Shown piece after piece: positions 34,561 through 44,976 of a stretch of DNA of 64,000 nucleotides. Position numbers and translations under genes: made by a program. How positions within the stretch are numbered: the first letter of the stretch is position 1; the number at the start of each line of letters is the position of its first letter. Location: positions 7,159-71,158 of the forward strand of contig SVSL01000002.1 of assembly GCA_015064315.1 (NCBI GenBank), read 5' to 3'. Origin of the DNA: Oscillospiraceae bacterium. GTDB taxonomy: Bacteria > Bacillota > Clostridia > Oscillospirales > CAG-272. The notes under the pieces were generated by a model. That model searched no databases and had not been told where the DNA came from. It worked only from the letters and a program-made list of their open reading frames with translations.

Positions 34561-35430
34561 ATGAAAAAATTATTGATTTTATTATTATGTTGTTCCGTTT
34601 TGTTAGTATGTTGTGTTGGATTCTCCGATTGCAAAAAAAATCCTTATCCATATCGAGGAGAATATAAAGAACTGTATACTGTTGCTGTATATAGCATTCC
34701 GGATGCCGAAGGATATATGCATCACGGAGAAGGCGCCTATAATTCCGATATCTACGTTTGGGAACAAGACGACTATGGTAGAATATTATTCTCCTATTGC
34801 GAGGACTACGGCAATGAGATTTTTGCTTTGGTTATTTCCCAAGCTTACGATAAAACCAACGTGTATTTTTACCCGGATACCAATTATGTATTGACGATGA
34901 TAGATTCCGAGTATCTGTACGAGGGTGCAAAAGACGATCATTTAAAGAACAGAACCGAGGATTTTTACTTGAAGAGCAAGGAAAAATTGAAGGAACAAAA
35001 TGATTGGAATAAACCTTTGGATAAAACAAAATGTGTTTCTTATCCAATTACGGATCACAAGGATCTTGGCAAAAAGATATATTCGCTCAAATCGCATGAA
35101 TGTAATAAAATACTAAATGAAACTATGAATTTCTCAAGTTCAGCCGGTACTCCACATAGATACAATAAAGTTCTTCAAGTGGATGCAGAAGGCAAAATAT
35201 TACATGAAATTTATGGCATTTATAGGCTGAGTTCGAGTGAAAACAATGGACACTCTTCCCATTACGTAACTCTCTGGGTAATCACCGACAAAGAAGGAAA
35301 TTATGACAAAGAAAACGGTGTTTTAGTGATGTATTCAGACGTCTCTTCTAAGGAATTCATATACAATGCAGAGGATATTTTAGCGTTTAAGAATAAAAAC
35401 AACTGGAAAAATGTGTATTGTGATGAATAA
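34561..35430 (+). CDS. Lipoprotein of unknown function (AT-rich gene)
   Basis: Signal peptide MKKLLILLLCCSVLLVCCVGFSDC, and a composition clearly more AT-rich than the flanks. Confidence 0.6.
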   Translation: MKKLLILLLCCSVLLVCCVGFSDCKKNPYPYRGEYKELYTVAVYSIPDAEGYMHHGEGAYNSDIYVWEQDDYGRILFSYCEDYGNEIFALVISQAYDKTNVYFYPDTNYVLTMIDSEYLYEGAKDDHLKNRTEDFYLKSKEKLKEQNDWNKPLDKTKCVSYPITDHKDLGKKIYSLKSHECNKILNETMNFSSSAGTPHRYNKVLQVDAEGKILHEIYGIYRLSSSENNGHSSHYVTLWVITDKEGNYDKENGVLVMYSDVSSKEFIYNAEDILAFKNKNNWKNVYCDE

Positions 35431-35466
35431 CTCAAAAACAATATAAGAAACGCAAATTTTTATAGT

Positions 35467-35507
35467 CCCCGACAGACCTTTAATATCTGTCGGGGGCTTT
35501 TCTTTTT
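35467..35507. terminator. Bidirectional terminator between convergent genes
   Basis: Stem ccccgacaga/tctgtcgggg (35467-35495), flanked by an A-run upstream and a T-run downstream. Confidence 0.75.
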
Positions 35508-36490
35508 CAAGAATGCACGATATTCGCCTCCAACCAATCGGCGGCGCCCTTGAGCTTCTTTGCCGATTGACGGAGCTTGATTTCTTCTTCCTCATTCAAA
35601 GGAATTTCCAACACCTGCTTAATTCCCGAACGGCTGACAATGCAAGGAAGGCTCATATAAACGCCCTCCAAGCCGTAATGTCCGTCCACAAGGGCGGAGA
35701 CGGGCAGGATGGTGTTTTCGTCTCTTACAATGGCTGAGACGATGCGCTTGACCGATTCGGCAATGGCAAAATAGGTGGCGCCCTTGGCTTCAATAATGCG
35801 GTAGGCACTGTCTCTCACGTCATAGAAAAGTCCATCCAGCACGGTCTGATCGTAGCCTCTCCCACAACTGTCGCAATAGTGCAAAAGATCCACGCCCGAT
35901 ACGTTTGCCGAGCTCCACACGGGCAGCTCACTGTCTCCGTGCTCTCCGATGATAAAGGAATGCACGTTTCGGCTATCCACGCCAAGGTGGGTTCCCACAA
36001 GCTGCTTCAGTCGCGCGGTATCCAGAACCGTTCCCGATCCGATGACGCGATTGGCGGGAAAGCCCGAAAATCGGTAGGTCACGTAGCTCAGCACGTCCAC
36101 GGGATTGGTTACCACCAATAGGATCGCCGTTTGATTGTAGATGGCAATGTTTGTGACGATGGAACGGAAGATCCTCGCATTGGTTCTGAGCAGATCCATG
36201 CGCGTGTCACCCGGATTCTGCTTGGCGCCGGCGGTAATGATGATGAGACCGCAATCGGCAAGATCGGCGTAATCTCCGGCGTAAATGTCCATGGGCGTGT
36301 GGAAGGGAAGCCCGTGGGCAATATCCGAGGCCTCGCCCTCGGCACGCTTGGTGTCCAGATCGATCAGCACCATCTCCGAGAACCATCCCGTTTGCATCAG
36401 GGTGTACGCCGTGGTGGAGCCCACGTTTCCACAACCGACGATTCCGCACTTTCGATAGTTACAGGTCTTTTCAAAATGGTATTTTTCCAT
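35507..36490 (-). CDS. ldh: L-lactate dehydrogenase
   Basis: Start MEKYHFEK.... Rossmann motif GIVGCGNVGSTTAY and catalytic segment IIGEHGDSELPVWS. Confidence 0.92.
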   Translation of the reverse strand: MEKYHFEKTCNYRKCGIVGCGNVGSTTAYTLMQTGWFSEMVLIDLDTKRAEGEASDIAHGLPFHTPMDIYAGDYADLADCGLIIITAGAKQNPGDTRMDLLRTNARIFRSIVTNIAIYNQTAILLVVTNPVDVLSYVTYRFSGFPANRVIGSGTVLDTARLKQLVGTHLGVDSRNVHSFIIGEHGDSELPVWSSANVSGVDLLHYCDSCGRGYDQTVLDGLFYDVRDSAYRIIEAKGATYFAIAESVKRIVSAIVRDENTILPVSALVDGHYGLEGVYMSLPCIVSRSGIKQVLEIPLNEEEEIKLRQSAKKLKGAADWLEANIVHS

Positions 36491-36570
36491 ATTTTTCACG
36501 CATCCTTTTCTTTGATTGGCATTAGTATGTGCAAATTTAAAAAATAATTCTCTTTTTTTGAAAAAAACTC

Positions 36571-36599
36571 TTGACAAATCATACTTGTTATGGTATACT
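36571..36599 (+). promoter_or_regulatory. Sigma-A type promoter for ylxM-ffh
   Basis: TTGACA (36571-36576), a 17-nt spacer, then TGgTATACT (36591-36599). Confidence 0.6.
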
Positions 36600-36640
36600 T
36601 GTAAAGCATTTTGCTTTACACCTACAAAAGAGGTGAAATA

Positions 36641-36976
36641 ATGTTTGAAAAAGACATGAAAATCGGCTTTTTGCTGGATTTTTACGGCGAGGTACTTTCC
36701 GAGCGAAAGCGTCTGGTCATGGATTATTATTATAATGACGATCTTTCTCTTGGAGAGATCGCCGAGGAGATCGGCATTTCCCGTCAGGGGGTGCGGGATC
36801 TGATCAAAAAAGCGGGCGAGGAGCTCTGCTTTTATGAGGAAAAATTAAAGATGGCGGAGCGCTTTGGAAAAATTCAGGAGCAGGCGAGTGAGCTGATCAC
36901 GCTCTTGGAGAGGGCTGACGCCGAGAAAAATATTTGCGATAAAGCAAAGGAGCTGGCAAGGATCGCCGGCTCGTAA
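36641..36976 (+). CDS. ylxM: YlxM/p13-like putative DNA-binding protein (UPF0122)
   Basis: MFEKDMKIGFLLDFYGEVLSERKRLVMDYYYNDDLSLGEIAEE.GISRQGV is the typical family sequence. Its position upstream of ffh is the conserved one. Confidence 0.85.
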   Translation: MFEKDMKIGFLLDFYGEVLSERKRLVMDYYYNDDLSLGEIAEEIGISRQGVRDLIKKAGEELCFYEEKLKMAERFGKIQEQASELITLLERADAEKNICDKAKELARIAGS

Positions 36977-36998
36977 GGAGAGAAAGGAGGAGCTCTCG

Positions 36999-38342
36999 AT
37001 GTTTGAAAGTCTGGGCGAAAAGTTAAACAACGCCTTTAAAAAGTTTCGTAACAAAGGAAAATTGACAGAAGCCGACGTCAAGGCGGGAATGCGCGAGATC
37101 AAGCTGGCGCTTCTGGAAGCCGACGTAAACTTCAAGGTCGTTCGTGATTTTATCAAGATCGTATCCGAGCGTGCGGTAGGCACCGAGGTTTTGGAATCTC
37201 TCTTGCCCGCACAGCAGGTTGTAAAAATAGTAAACGAGGAGCTGACCCGTCTCATGGGCGGCTCGCAATCCAAGCTGACCATCGCGTCTCAGCCTCCCAC
37301 AATCATTATGATGGTAGGTCTGCAGGGCGCCGGTAAAACCACCCATGCGGGTAAGCTTGCGGGGCTTTACAAAAAGCAGGGCAAGCGTCCTCTTTTGGTA
37401 GCCTGCGACGTTTACCGTCCCGCGGCTATCAAGCAGCTGCAGGTGGTTGGTGAAAAGCTGGATATTCCCGTGTTCACCATGGGCGACAAGATCTCTCCCG
37501 TGGAGATTGCAAAGGAAGGCATTAAGTTTGCCAACCAAAAGGGATATGATATGGTGTTCATCGATACCGCAGGCCGTTTGCAGATCGACGAGGTATTGAT
37601 GGATGAGCTCAAGAACATCAAGGCTGAGGTCAATCCCACCGAGATTCTGCTTACGGTAGACTCTATGATCGGTCAGGAATCGGTTAACGTGGCGGAAACC
37701 TTCAACAATCTGTTGGATATCACCGGCGTTATTCTGACCAAGCTGGATGGCGATACCCGTGGCGGTGCGGCTCTTTCGATCCGCTACGTAACAGGAAAGC
37801 CCATCAAGTTTGTGGGTACCGGTGAAAAGCTGGACACCATCGAGCCCTTCCATCCCGACCGCATGGCGTCCCGTATTCTCGGTATGGGAGACGTGCTGAC
37901 CCTCATTGATAAGGCGCAGGCGGCGTTTGATGAGAAGCAGGCGATTGAGCTGGAGCAAAAGATGCGTCAGCAAACCTTCACCCTGGATGATTATCTGACC
38001 CAGCTTGCTCAGCTGAAGAGCATGGGAAATCTGGAGCAGCTTATGGGCATGATGCCCGGTGTTAAGCCCGGCGCGCTCAAGGATGCCAAGATCGATGAAA
38101 AGGCTTTGGCACACACCGAGGCAATTATCCATGCAATGACCAAAAAGGAGCGCGAAAAGCCCGATATCATCAATGCTTCCCGCAAAAAGAGAATTGCGGC
38201 AGGCTCGGGAACCTCGGTGGAAGAGGTCAACAAGGTGCTCAAGCAATTTGAGCAGATGCTCAAGATGATGAAGCAGTTTTCCGATATGGGAAAAACGCGT
38301 CAAGGGAAGAAAATGCTCGGACGAATGAAGATGCCTTTCTGA
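36999..38342 (+). CDS. ffh: Signal recognition particle protein Ffh
   Basis: NG domain motifs [14 protein letters not shown] and TKLDGD, plus a Met-rich M domain. Confidence 0.97.
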   Translation: MFESLGEKLNNAFKKFRNKGKLTEADVKAGMREIKLALLEADVNFKVVRDFIKIVSERAVGTEVLESLLPAQQVVKIVNEELTRLMGGSQSKLTIASQPPTIIMMVGLQGAGKTTHAGKLAGLYKKQGKRPLLVACDVYRPAAIKQLQVVGEKLDIPVFTMGDKISPVEIAKEGIKFANQKGYDMVFIDTAGRLQIDEVLMDELKNIKAEVNPTEILLTVDSMIGQESVNVAETFNNLLDITGVILTKLDGDTRGGAALSIRYVTGKPIKFVGTGEKLDTIEPFHPDRMASRILGMGDVLTLIDKAQAAFDEKQAIELEQKMRQQTFTLDDYLTQLAQLKSMGNLEQLMGMMPGVKPGALKDAKIDEKALAHTEAIIHAMTKKEREKPDIINASRKKRIAAGSGTSVEEVNKVLKQFEQMLKMMKQFSDMGKTRQGKKMLGRMKMPF

Positions 38343-38400
38343 GTTCAACCGTCATTCATATAAAAAACAATATTATTTTATTTTTTGGAGGAAACAAATC

Positions 38401-38646
38401 ATGGCAGTAAAAATGAGACTGAGAAGAATGGGCGCAAAGAAGGCTCCCTTTTATCGCGTAATCGTAGCAGACAGCCGCTCTCCCAGAGACGGTCGTTTCA
38501 TTGAGGAGATCGGTTACTACAACCCTCTCACCAATCCCGCTGAGATCAAGATCGATGCAGAGAAGGCAAAGAAGTGGCTCGGAAACGGCGCTCAGCCCAC
38601 CGAGACCGTAAAGTCTCTCTTGAAGAAGAGCGGTATCGTTGACTGA
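38401..38646 (+). CDS. rpsP: 30S ribosomal protein S16
   Basis: [35 protein letters not shown]. Confidence 0.97.
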   Translation: MAVKMRLRRMGAKKAPFYRVIVADSRSPRDGRFIEEIGYYNPLTNPAEIKIDAEKAKKWLGNGAQPTETVKSLLKKSGIVD

Positions 38647-38671
38647 TCCTCTGCCCATAAGGAGACATAGG

Positions 38672-38908
38672 ATGATTAACTTGCAGGAAACTTTGGTTGA
38701 TATTGCCAAGGCAATTGTAGACTCTCCCGAGGAAGTAAAGGTTGTAGAGACCCAGGATGATAACACCATCACCCTGACTCTTACCGTTGCTCCCGACGAC
38801 ATGGGTATGGTCATTGGCAGACATGGCAAGATCGCAAAGGCGATCCGCACCGTGATCAAGGCTGCTTCCGCAAACTGCGGCAAGAAGGTCAATGTAGAAA
38901 TTCGCTAA
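38672..38908 (+). CDS. khpA: KH-domain RNA-binding protein (YlqC/KhpA-like)
   Basis: The start MINLQETL lies after AAGGAG. KH GxxG motif VIGRHGKIAKAIRTV. It occupies the conserved position after rpsP. Confidence 0.8.
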   Translation: MINLQETLVDIAKAIVDSPEEVKVVETQDDNTITLTLTVAPDDMGMVIGRHGKIAKAIRTVIKAASANCGKKVNVEIR

Positions 38909-38926
38909 AAACCAAAAAGGCAAAAA

Positions 38927-38972
38927 GAAATCGGATCCACACCCAAGCGGGTAAAGATCCGATTCTTTTTTT
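38927..38972. terminator. Bidirectional terminator
   Basis: Stem gaaatcggatc/gatccgattc with A-rich and T-rich flanks, between the convergent khpA and ABC-F genes. Confidence 0.7.
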
Positions 38973-38976
38973 GTTT

Positions 38977-40578
38977 TCAAGCGTTTTCCAATTCTTTTTT
39001 GCGTTCAAGGAACTCCTCGTAGCTGCCGCTGAAATCGGTGATCCCCTCGGGGGTAATCTCAATCACGCGATTTGCCACGGTGTTCATCAGCTCGTAGTCG
39101 TGGGTGGAGAAGATCAGATTGCCCTTAAAGGCAGCAAGCCCGTTGTTCACGGCACTGATGGACTCCAGATCCAAATGGTCGGTGGGCTGATCGAGCAGCA
39201 GGAAATTGGATCCAAAGAGCATCATACGTGCGAACATACAACGCACCTTTTCACCACCGGACAAAACGTTTACAGGCTTGAACACACTATCGTTGGAGAA
39301 AAGCATTCTACCAAGGAATCCGCGCAGGTAGGTCTCGGTGGTCTCCTTGGCGTATTGCGCCAGCCAGTCGATGATCGAAAGGGTACAATCCTTGAAATAA
39401 GGGGTATTGTCGTGAGGGAAGTAGGACTTGGAAATGCTCACGCCCCACTTGAAGTCGCCGCTGTCGGGAGTGTCTTCTTCCATGAGAATACGGAACAGCG
39501 CCGTGATTGCCATTTCATTGCCCACAAGAGCGATCTTGTCCTCCTTGCCCACGGTAAAGGAAAGGTTTTGGAACAGAGGCGTGCCGTCCTCGGCGTTCTT
39601 GGAAAGCCCGTTGACAAAAAGAATATCCTTTCCCGCAATGCGGTCCATATCAAAGCCGATAAAGGGATAACGGCGACTGGAGGCGGGGAGCTCTTCGATG
39701 GTAAGCTTGTCCAGAAGCTTTCTACGGGAGGTTGCCTGACGGGATTTGGATTTGTTTGCAGAGAAGCGCGCGATAAAGGTCTGCAGCTCGCGGATCTTTT
39801 CCTCGGCTTTTCGGTTTTGCTGCTTGATCATACGCTGAATCAGCTGGCTGGATTCGTACCAGAATTCGTAGTTACCAACGTACATTTTGATGCCGTTGTA
39901 GTCGATGTCCACAATGTTGGTACAAACGTCGTTGAGGAAGTGACGGTCATGGGATACCACCAGAACCGTTCCAAAGTAGTCGGCAAGAAAATCCTCCAGC
40001 CACATAATGGCATCAATATCAAGACCGTTGGTGGGCTCGTCCAGCATGATAATGTCGGGATTGCCAAAGAGCGCCTGTGCCAGCATGACCTTCACCTTTT
40101 CACTTTCCTTGAGCGTTCCCATCATGTCCCAAAGCTGGTCGTCGCGCATGCCAAGGCCTTGGAGAAGCTTGGAAATATCCGATTCCGCCTCCCAACCGTT
40201 GAGCTCGGCGAATTCGGCTTCCAATTCCGAGGCGCGAATGCCGTCCTCCTCGGTGAATTCTTCTTTCTCGTAGATGGCGTCCTTTTCCTTCATGATATCG
40301 TAGAGCTTACGGTTGCCCATCATGACGGTGTCAAGAACGGTGAATTCGTCAAAGGCGAAGTGGTCTTGACGGAGCACCGACATACGAACCGTATCGGGGA
40401 TCGATACCTCGCCCGTAGAGGGCTCCAGCTCGCCGCAAAGGATCTTGAGGAAGGTGGATTTTCCCGCACCGTTGGCACCAATGATGCCATAACAGTTGCC
40501 GGGGGTGAATTTGAGGTCAACGTCCTTGAAGAGAAGCTGACCGCCAAAGTGAAAGCTTAAATTGGAAATTGTGATCAT
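38977..40578 (-). CDS. ABC-F family ATPase (two NBDs, no TMD; YbiT/EttA-like)
   Basis: Two Walker A sites (GANGAGKST and a second NBD), LSGGEK signatures, an inter-domain linker and no membrane domain. Confidence 0.88.
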   Translation of the reverse strand: MITISNLSFHFGGQLLFKDVDLKFTPGNCYGIIGANGAGKSTFLKILCGELEPSTGEVSIPDTVRMSVLRQDHFAFDEFTVLDTVMMGNRKLYDIMKEKDAIYEKEEFTEEDGIRASELEAEFAELNGWEAESDISKLLQGLGMRDDQLWDMMGTLKESEKVKVMLAQALFGNPDIIMLDEPTNGLDIDAIMWLEDFLADYFGTVLVVSHDRHFLNDVCTNIVDIDYNGIKMYVGNYEFWYESSQLIQRMIKQQNRKAEEKIRELQTFIARFSANKSKSRQATSRRKLLDKLTIEELPASSRRYPFIGFDMDRIAGKDILFVNGLSKNAEDGTPLFQNLSFTVGKEDKIALVGNEMAITALFRILMEEDTPDSGDFKWGVSISKSYFPHDNTPYFKDCTLSIIDWLAQYAKETTETYLRGFLGRMLFSNDSVFKPVNVLSGGEKVRCMFARMMLFGSNFLLLDQPTDHLDLESISAVNNGLAAFKGNLIFSTHDYELMNTVANRVIEITPEGITDFSGSYEEFLERKKELENA

Positions 40579-40707
40579 GTTACACCTCGTTTAGTTTCAA
40601 TCTTTTCTATTATAGCATATCAACCGTCTGTTTGCAAGTGTTTTTGAGAAAAAGAAAGAAAACGGGAATGCTTTGGGAATATTTCTTCTCTTTTTCTCGT
40701 TTTTCCC

Positions 40708-40736
40708 TTGACGAAAAAGGCTTTTTGGTTTATAAT
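40708..40736 (+). promoter_or_regulatory. Sigma-A type promoter for proBAC
   Basis: TTGACG (40708-40713), a 17-nt spacer, then TATAAT (40731-40736). Confidence 0.6.
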
Positions 40737-40775
40737 GTATACAAATTTGAAGTCTACTTTTGAAAGGTGATCGAA

Positions 40776-41546
40776 ATGAGAGTTGTAGTAAAGGTTGGAA
40801 CGTCTACTCTGGCGCATGGAACGGGGTGTCTGAACATTCGCAGTGTGGAGGAGCTTTGCCGTGTGCTGAGTGATCTGAAAAACAGCGGGGAAGAGGTAAT
40901 CCTCGTTTCCTCGGGGGCCATCGGTATGGGAATCGGAAAGCTTTCTCTCAAGGAGCGCCCCGCGGATATCCCCACCAAGCAGGCGGCTGCGGCTGTGGGA
41001 CAGTGCGAGCTGATGTATACCTACGATAAGCTTTTTCAAGAATACAACCACACCGTGGCGCAGATTCTTCTGACCGGCTCGGACTTCCGTCACGACGATC
41101 GATATCACAATTTCCAAAACACCATGCGACGTCTCTTGGAGCTCGGTGTTTTGCCCATTATCAACGAGAATGACACCATTGCAACCGAGGAGATCAAGGT
41201 TGGCGACAACGATACGCTCTCTGCCATGGTTGCCGTCAGCATTGGAGCGCAACGCTTGATTCTGATGTCGGATATCGACGGACTTTACACCTCGGACCCT
41301 CATAAGGAGCCCAATGCCAAGCTGATTTCCGAGGTTCGTGAGTTAACCCCCGAGATCATGGCTTTGGCAGGTGGTGAGGGATCGTCCTTGGGAACCGGAG
41401 GAATGAAGACCAAGCTTCATGCCGCAAAGATCTGCACTGAGGCGGGATGTGAAATGGTGATCCTCAATGGCTCCTCTCCCTCGCTTCTTTACGATCTGTT
41501 TGACGGCAAGACCGTTGGAACTACATTCTATGCAAAGGAAAAATAA
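40776..41546 (+). CDS. proB: Glutamate 5-kinase (short form without a PUA domain)
   Basis: [12 protein letters not shown]..., VSSGAIGMG and [11 protein letters not shown]. Confidence 0.93.
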   Translation: MRVVVKVGTSTLAHGTGCLNIRSVEELCRVLSDLKNSGEEVILVSSGAIGMGIGKLSLKERPADIPTKQAAAAVGQCELMYTYDKLFQEYNHTVAQILLTGSDFRHDDRYHNFQNTMRRLLELGVLPIINENDTIATEEIKVGDNDTLSAMVAVSIGAQRLILMSDIDGLYTSDPHKEPNAKLISEVRELTPEIMALAGGEGSSLGTGGMKTKLHAAKICTEAGCEMVILNGSSPSLLYDLFDGKTVGTTFYAKEK

Positions 41547-41551
41547 ACACC

Positions 41552-42808
41552 ATGACCACACTTGAAATTTTGCAGCGTGCCAAGGCGGCGTCTCCCGCGC
41601 TGGCATTGCTTTCCACCAATGATAAAAATCGCGCCCTGCTTGCCATGGCAGATGCTTTGGAGGCGCACACCGAGGAGATCCTTGCGGCAAATGAAGCTGA
41701 TATTCTGGCTGTCAAGGACACTATGAACCCCGTTATGATCGACCGTCTTCGTCTTACCAAGGAACGCATTGTCGGTATGGCACAGGGCATTCGCGAGGTG
41801 GTGGAGCTTCCCGATCCCGTGGGAAGCGTGATGGAAACCGTGGAGCGTCCCAACGGCTTGCGCATCGAAAAGACCCGCGTCCCCATGGGCGTTGTGGGAA
41901 TCATCTACGAGAGCCGCCCCAACGTGACCTCGGATGCCGCCGCCCTTTCCCTCAAGAGCGGAAACGTTTGCGTGCTTCGCGGAGGCAAGGAGGCGTATCG
42001 CTCCTCTTACGCCATTGTGGCGGCTTTGAGAGAGGGCTTGAACAAGATCGGCATCGATCCCGATTTTGTCAATATGCTGGAGGATACCACCCGTGCGGGT
42101 GCCAATGAATTGATGACCGCCGTGGACTACGTGGATCTTCTGATTCCTCGCGGTGGCGCGGGACTCATCAAGGCTTGTGTGGACAATGCCAAGGTGCCTT
42201 GTATCCAAACGGGAACCGGCATTTGCCACGTCTACGTGGACGCCGACGCAAATCTCAATATGGCACTTGATATCATCGAGAACGCCAAGACCAGCCGTCC
42301 TTCGGTCTGCAATGCCGAGGAGGTATGTCTTGTGAACCGTAGCGTTGCGGCACAGTTCCTTCCCATGCTCAAAAATCGTCTGGTCGATGAGCGCAAGGCG
42401 GATGGAAAGACGCCTGTGGAGCTTCGTCTTGATGCGGGCGCGGCAAGGATTATTGACGGTGTTGCGGCAACCGATGCCGACTTTGACACCGAATTTTTGA
42501 ATTATATTCTCGCGATCAAGCTCGTGGATGACGTTAAGGAAGCCGTGGCGCACATCGCCAAGCATTCCACTCATCACAGTGAGGCGATCATCACAGAAAA
42601 CCAAGAAAGCGCCGCATATTTCACAGCGGCGGTGGATAGCGCGGCGGTTTACGTCAATGCTTCCACTCGCTTTACCGACGGCGGCGAGTTCGGTTTGGGA
42701 TGCGAGATCGGCATTTCCACCCAAAAGCTCCACGCCAGAGGTCCTATGGGGCTCGCGGAGCTGACCACCTATAAATACGTGATTCGCGGCAACGGACAGA
42801 TTCGTTGA
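41552..42808 (+). CDS. proA: Gamma-glutamyl phosphate reductase
   Basis: Aldehyde dehydrogenase-fold ProA with the catalytic Cys region [11 protein letters not shown] and C-terminal [14 protein letters not shown]. Confidence 0.95.
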   Translation: MTTLEILQRAKAASPALALLSTNDKNRALLAMADALEAHTEEILAANEADILAVKDTMNPVMIDRLRLTKERIVGMAQGIREVVELPDPVGSVMETVERPNGLRIEKTRVPMGVVGIIYESRPNVTSDAAALSLKSGNVCVLRGGKEAYRSSYAIVAALREGLNKIGIDPDFVNMLEDTTRAGANELMTAVDYVDLLIPRGGAGLIKACVDNAKVPCIQTGTGICHVYVDADANLNMALDIIENAKTSRPSVCNAEEVCLVNRSVAAQFLPMLKNRLVDERKADGKTPVELRLDAGAARIIDGVAATDADFDTEFLNYILAIKLVDDVKEAVAHIAKHSTHHSEAIITENQESAAYFTAAVDSAAVYVNASTRFTDGGEFGLGCEIGISTQKLHARGPMGLAELTTYKYVIRGNGQIR

Positions 42809-42825
42809 CGGGGAAAGGAAAGAAC

Positions 42826-43626
42826 ATGAAATTTGGATTTATCGGATGCGGCAATATGGGCGGCGCGCTGGCGTCTGCGGTTGCCAAGAGCATCGAAGCG
42901 AATGAGATCGCGGTTTGCGATGCCTTTGCAGAGAAGGCAGATGCATTTGCCAAGGCACACGGTGTTACGGCAACCGACACCGCAAGCATTGCCCAAAACG
43001 CAGAATATATCTTCCTGGGTGTCAAGCCTCAGGTTTTTGAAGATTTGTTTGCTGAGATTTCTCCCATTCTTAAAAAGAGAACCGACTCCTTCGTGCTGGT
43101 TTCCATGGCGGCAGGCATTTCGATTTCTGCCGTGGAAAAAATGGCGGATTGTGATCCTGCAGTGATTCGAATCATGCCCAACACCCCCGTTTCGGTGGGC
43201 GCGGGCGTGGTGCTTTACAGCGTGAATGAGAAGGTAGAAAAGGGCGAGATCGAAGCATTCTGCAAGGCTCTTTCCGCGGCAGGCGTGGTGGATCCCATCC
43301 CCGAGGATAAGATCGACGCCGCCAGTGCGCTTTCGGGCTGCGGTCCCGCCTTTGTGGCTCTTTTTGCTGAGGCGCTTGCCGACGGTGCCGTGGAGTGTGG
43401 CTTGCCGAGAGATAAAGCAGCTCTTTATGCGGCACAGACCATTCTGGGAACCGCGCAGCTGATTCTGGAATCGGGGAAGCATCCCGGACAGATCAAGGAT
43501 GCGGTTTGCAGTCCCGGAGGCACCACCATCGAGGGCGTTCACGCCCTGGAGAAGGGCAAGTTCCGTGCCGCTTCCATGAACGCGGTCACTGCCGCTTATG
43601 AAAAAACGCTGAAATTGAAGAAATAA
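42826..43626 (+). CDS. proC: Pyrroline-5-carboxylate reductase
   Basis: MKFGFIGCGNMGGAL Rossmann motif and C-terminal SPGGTTIEG. Confidence 0.93.
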   Translation: MKFGFIGCGNMGGALASAVAKSIEANEIAVCDAFAEKADAFAKAHGVTATDTASIAQNAEYIFLGVKPQVFEDLFAEISPILKKRTDSFVLVSMAAGISISAVEKMADCDPAVIRIMPNTPVSVGAGVVLYSVNEKVEKGEIEAFCKALSAAGVVDPIPEDKIDAASALSGCGPAFVALFAEALADGAVECGLPRDKAALYAAQTILGTAQLILESGKHPGQIKDAVCSPGGTTIEGVHALEKGKFRAASMNAVTAAYEKTLKLKK

Positions 43627-43633
43627 AAGAAAG

Positions 43634-43675
43634 AGGGCTTCAACGGAGTTTTCCATTGAAGCCCTTTGCTTTTTG
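43634..43675 (+). terminator. Rho-independent terminator after proC
   Basis: Stem agggcttcaa/ttgaagccct followed by ttgcTTTTT. Confidence 0.75.
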
Positions 43676-43692
43676 ATGAAACAAAAGCATCA

Positions 43693-44865
43693 TCAAATTC
43701 CTTTTCTGCCCAAAGCCCCCAAAAAGTCTTCAGGAGTATGGATAATATATCCGTACGCGCGGTCTCCGGGCTCTAGCCGACGCTCGCCAATGCTGTCCTT
43801 GACAAAGATTTTTCCGTTGCAGGGGCAAACGATCAAAAGCTTTTGCTCGCCATTTTCTGCGGTCATTTCATAGGAGTCCAAAACAACGTGACTCCACAGG
43901 ATACGAAATTTTGCGTATTCTACAATGCCGTCCTCGCGTAAATACAGAGGATTTTTGCGTTGCAGACCTCCTATAAAACAGCAACGGCAGATTTCTCCTT
44001 TGCATTGTACCACGATTTGAAAACGATGCTTGGAGGAGATCAACTCCAAACAGGGATGACCTATTGTGGAATAGGAATAGCCGTTTTTCTTGCAGGATTT
44101 GTAAAACTGCTTAAGAAACTTATGGCGAGAGAAGAAAACAGAAAGGTATCGCACCGAGGTGACCGCCAAAAACAGGGAAACGAACAGAATCAAAAAGATC
44201 CACCAAAACTTGTAAAACAGAATAAAAACGCCCGAAAAGAGAGGGACAAGGGCGGACAACAGAAATCCGCTGAGGATCCAAGCGGGAACCGTGTATCCCA
44301 GTTGTACGAGGAGTGGGCGCAGAGTGCTTTTGGGAATCTGCTTCTTTTGATGTGGACGTCCCCACCAGCTTACCGTGGAAAGGGATGCACCCAAATAGAC
44401 CATCCACAGTATGAGAATCCCCAGAGCAGAATACAGCCAACGGTTGTCTGTCATGCTTCCCAAGAATCCGTTTTGGTAAAAGGAAAGAGGCGGCATTGCC
44501 GAGAATAGGAGGGCAAAGATCAAAAGCGCAAGGCTTTCCATCCAAAAAATCGGCGTTTTCAGTAGGAATACCAAACCAAAGGAAGATTTCTTCTTTTCAC
44601 AATAGCTGTAAAAATCGGCTTTCATTTTGGGGTGATTCAGCAAAAAAACCGATGCGAGAGAGAAAAAGATCAACAGGCTACCAACAAAAGCGGTTTGAAA
44701 ATACAATTTCTGTGTCCAAAAATCCAAGATGTATTTTTCAAAAAAATGAGAGCGCAGAGTTACCCATGACAAAAGAGAAGTGAAGGAAAACAGAACATAG
44801 AGCAATCCGATCCGAACAAAGGAAGGATAAATTTTCTTGAGCCTTTGAACGATGTCTTCTTTCAT
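43693..44865 (-). CDS. Polytopic membrane protein with a Cys-containing cytoplasmic C-terminal domain, function unknown
   Basis: The start MKEDIVQRL lies after GGGGGAGG. There are about 8 TM segments, then a soluble domain of about 130 aa (…CKGEICRCCF…CPCNGK…). Confidence 0.55.
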   Translation of the reverse strand: MKEDIVQRLKKIYPSFVRIGLLYVLFSFTSLLSWVTLRSHFFEKYILDFWTQKLYFQTAFVGSLLIFFSLASVFLLNHPKMKADFYSYCEKKKSSFGLVFLLKTPIFWMESLALLIFALLFSAMPPLSFYQNGFLGSMTDNRWLYSALGILILWMVYLGASLSTVSWWGRPHQKKQIPKSTLRPLLVQLGYTVPAWILSGFLLSALVPLFSGVFILFYKFWWIFLILFVSLFLAVTSVRYLSVFFSRHKFLKQFYKSCKKNGYSYSTIGHPCLELISSKHRFQIVVQCKGEICRCCFIGGLQRKNPLYLREDGIVEYAKFRILWSHVVLDSYEMTAENGEQKLLIVCPCNGKIFVKDSIGERRLEPGDRAYGYIIHTPEDFLGALGRKGI

Positions 44866-44976
44866 AAAAACAAAAACCTCCCCCTTGAAAAAACAATCAA
44901 TGCTTTTTTTGTCACAATCGCTTGATTGTATTATATCACAAGGTTCGGTTTTTGTCAATAGATTTCCAATCGATTT

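Noticed and set aside
37023-38348. 441-aa minus-strand ORF
   Set aside because: It is a shadow ORF opposite ffh.
38971-40560. 529-aa plus-strand ORF
   Set aside because: It is a shadow ORF opposite the ABC-F ATPase gene.
41528-42733. 401-aa minus-strand ORF
   Set aside because: It is a shadow ORF opposite proA.
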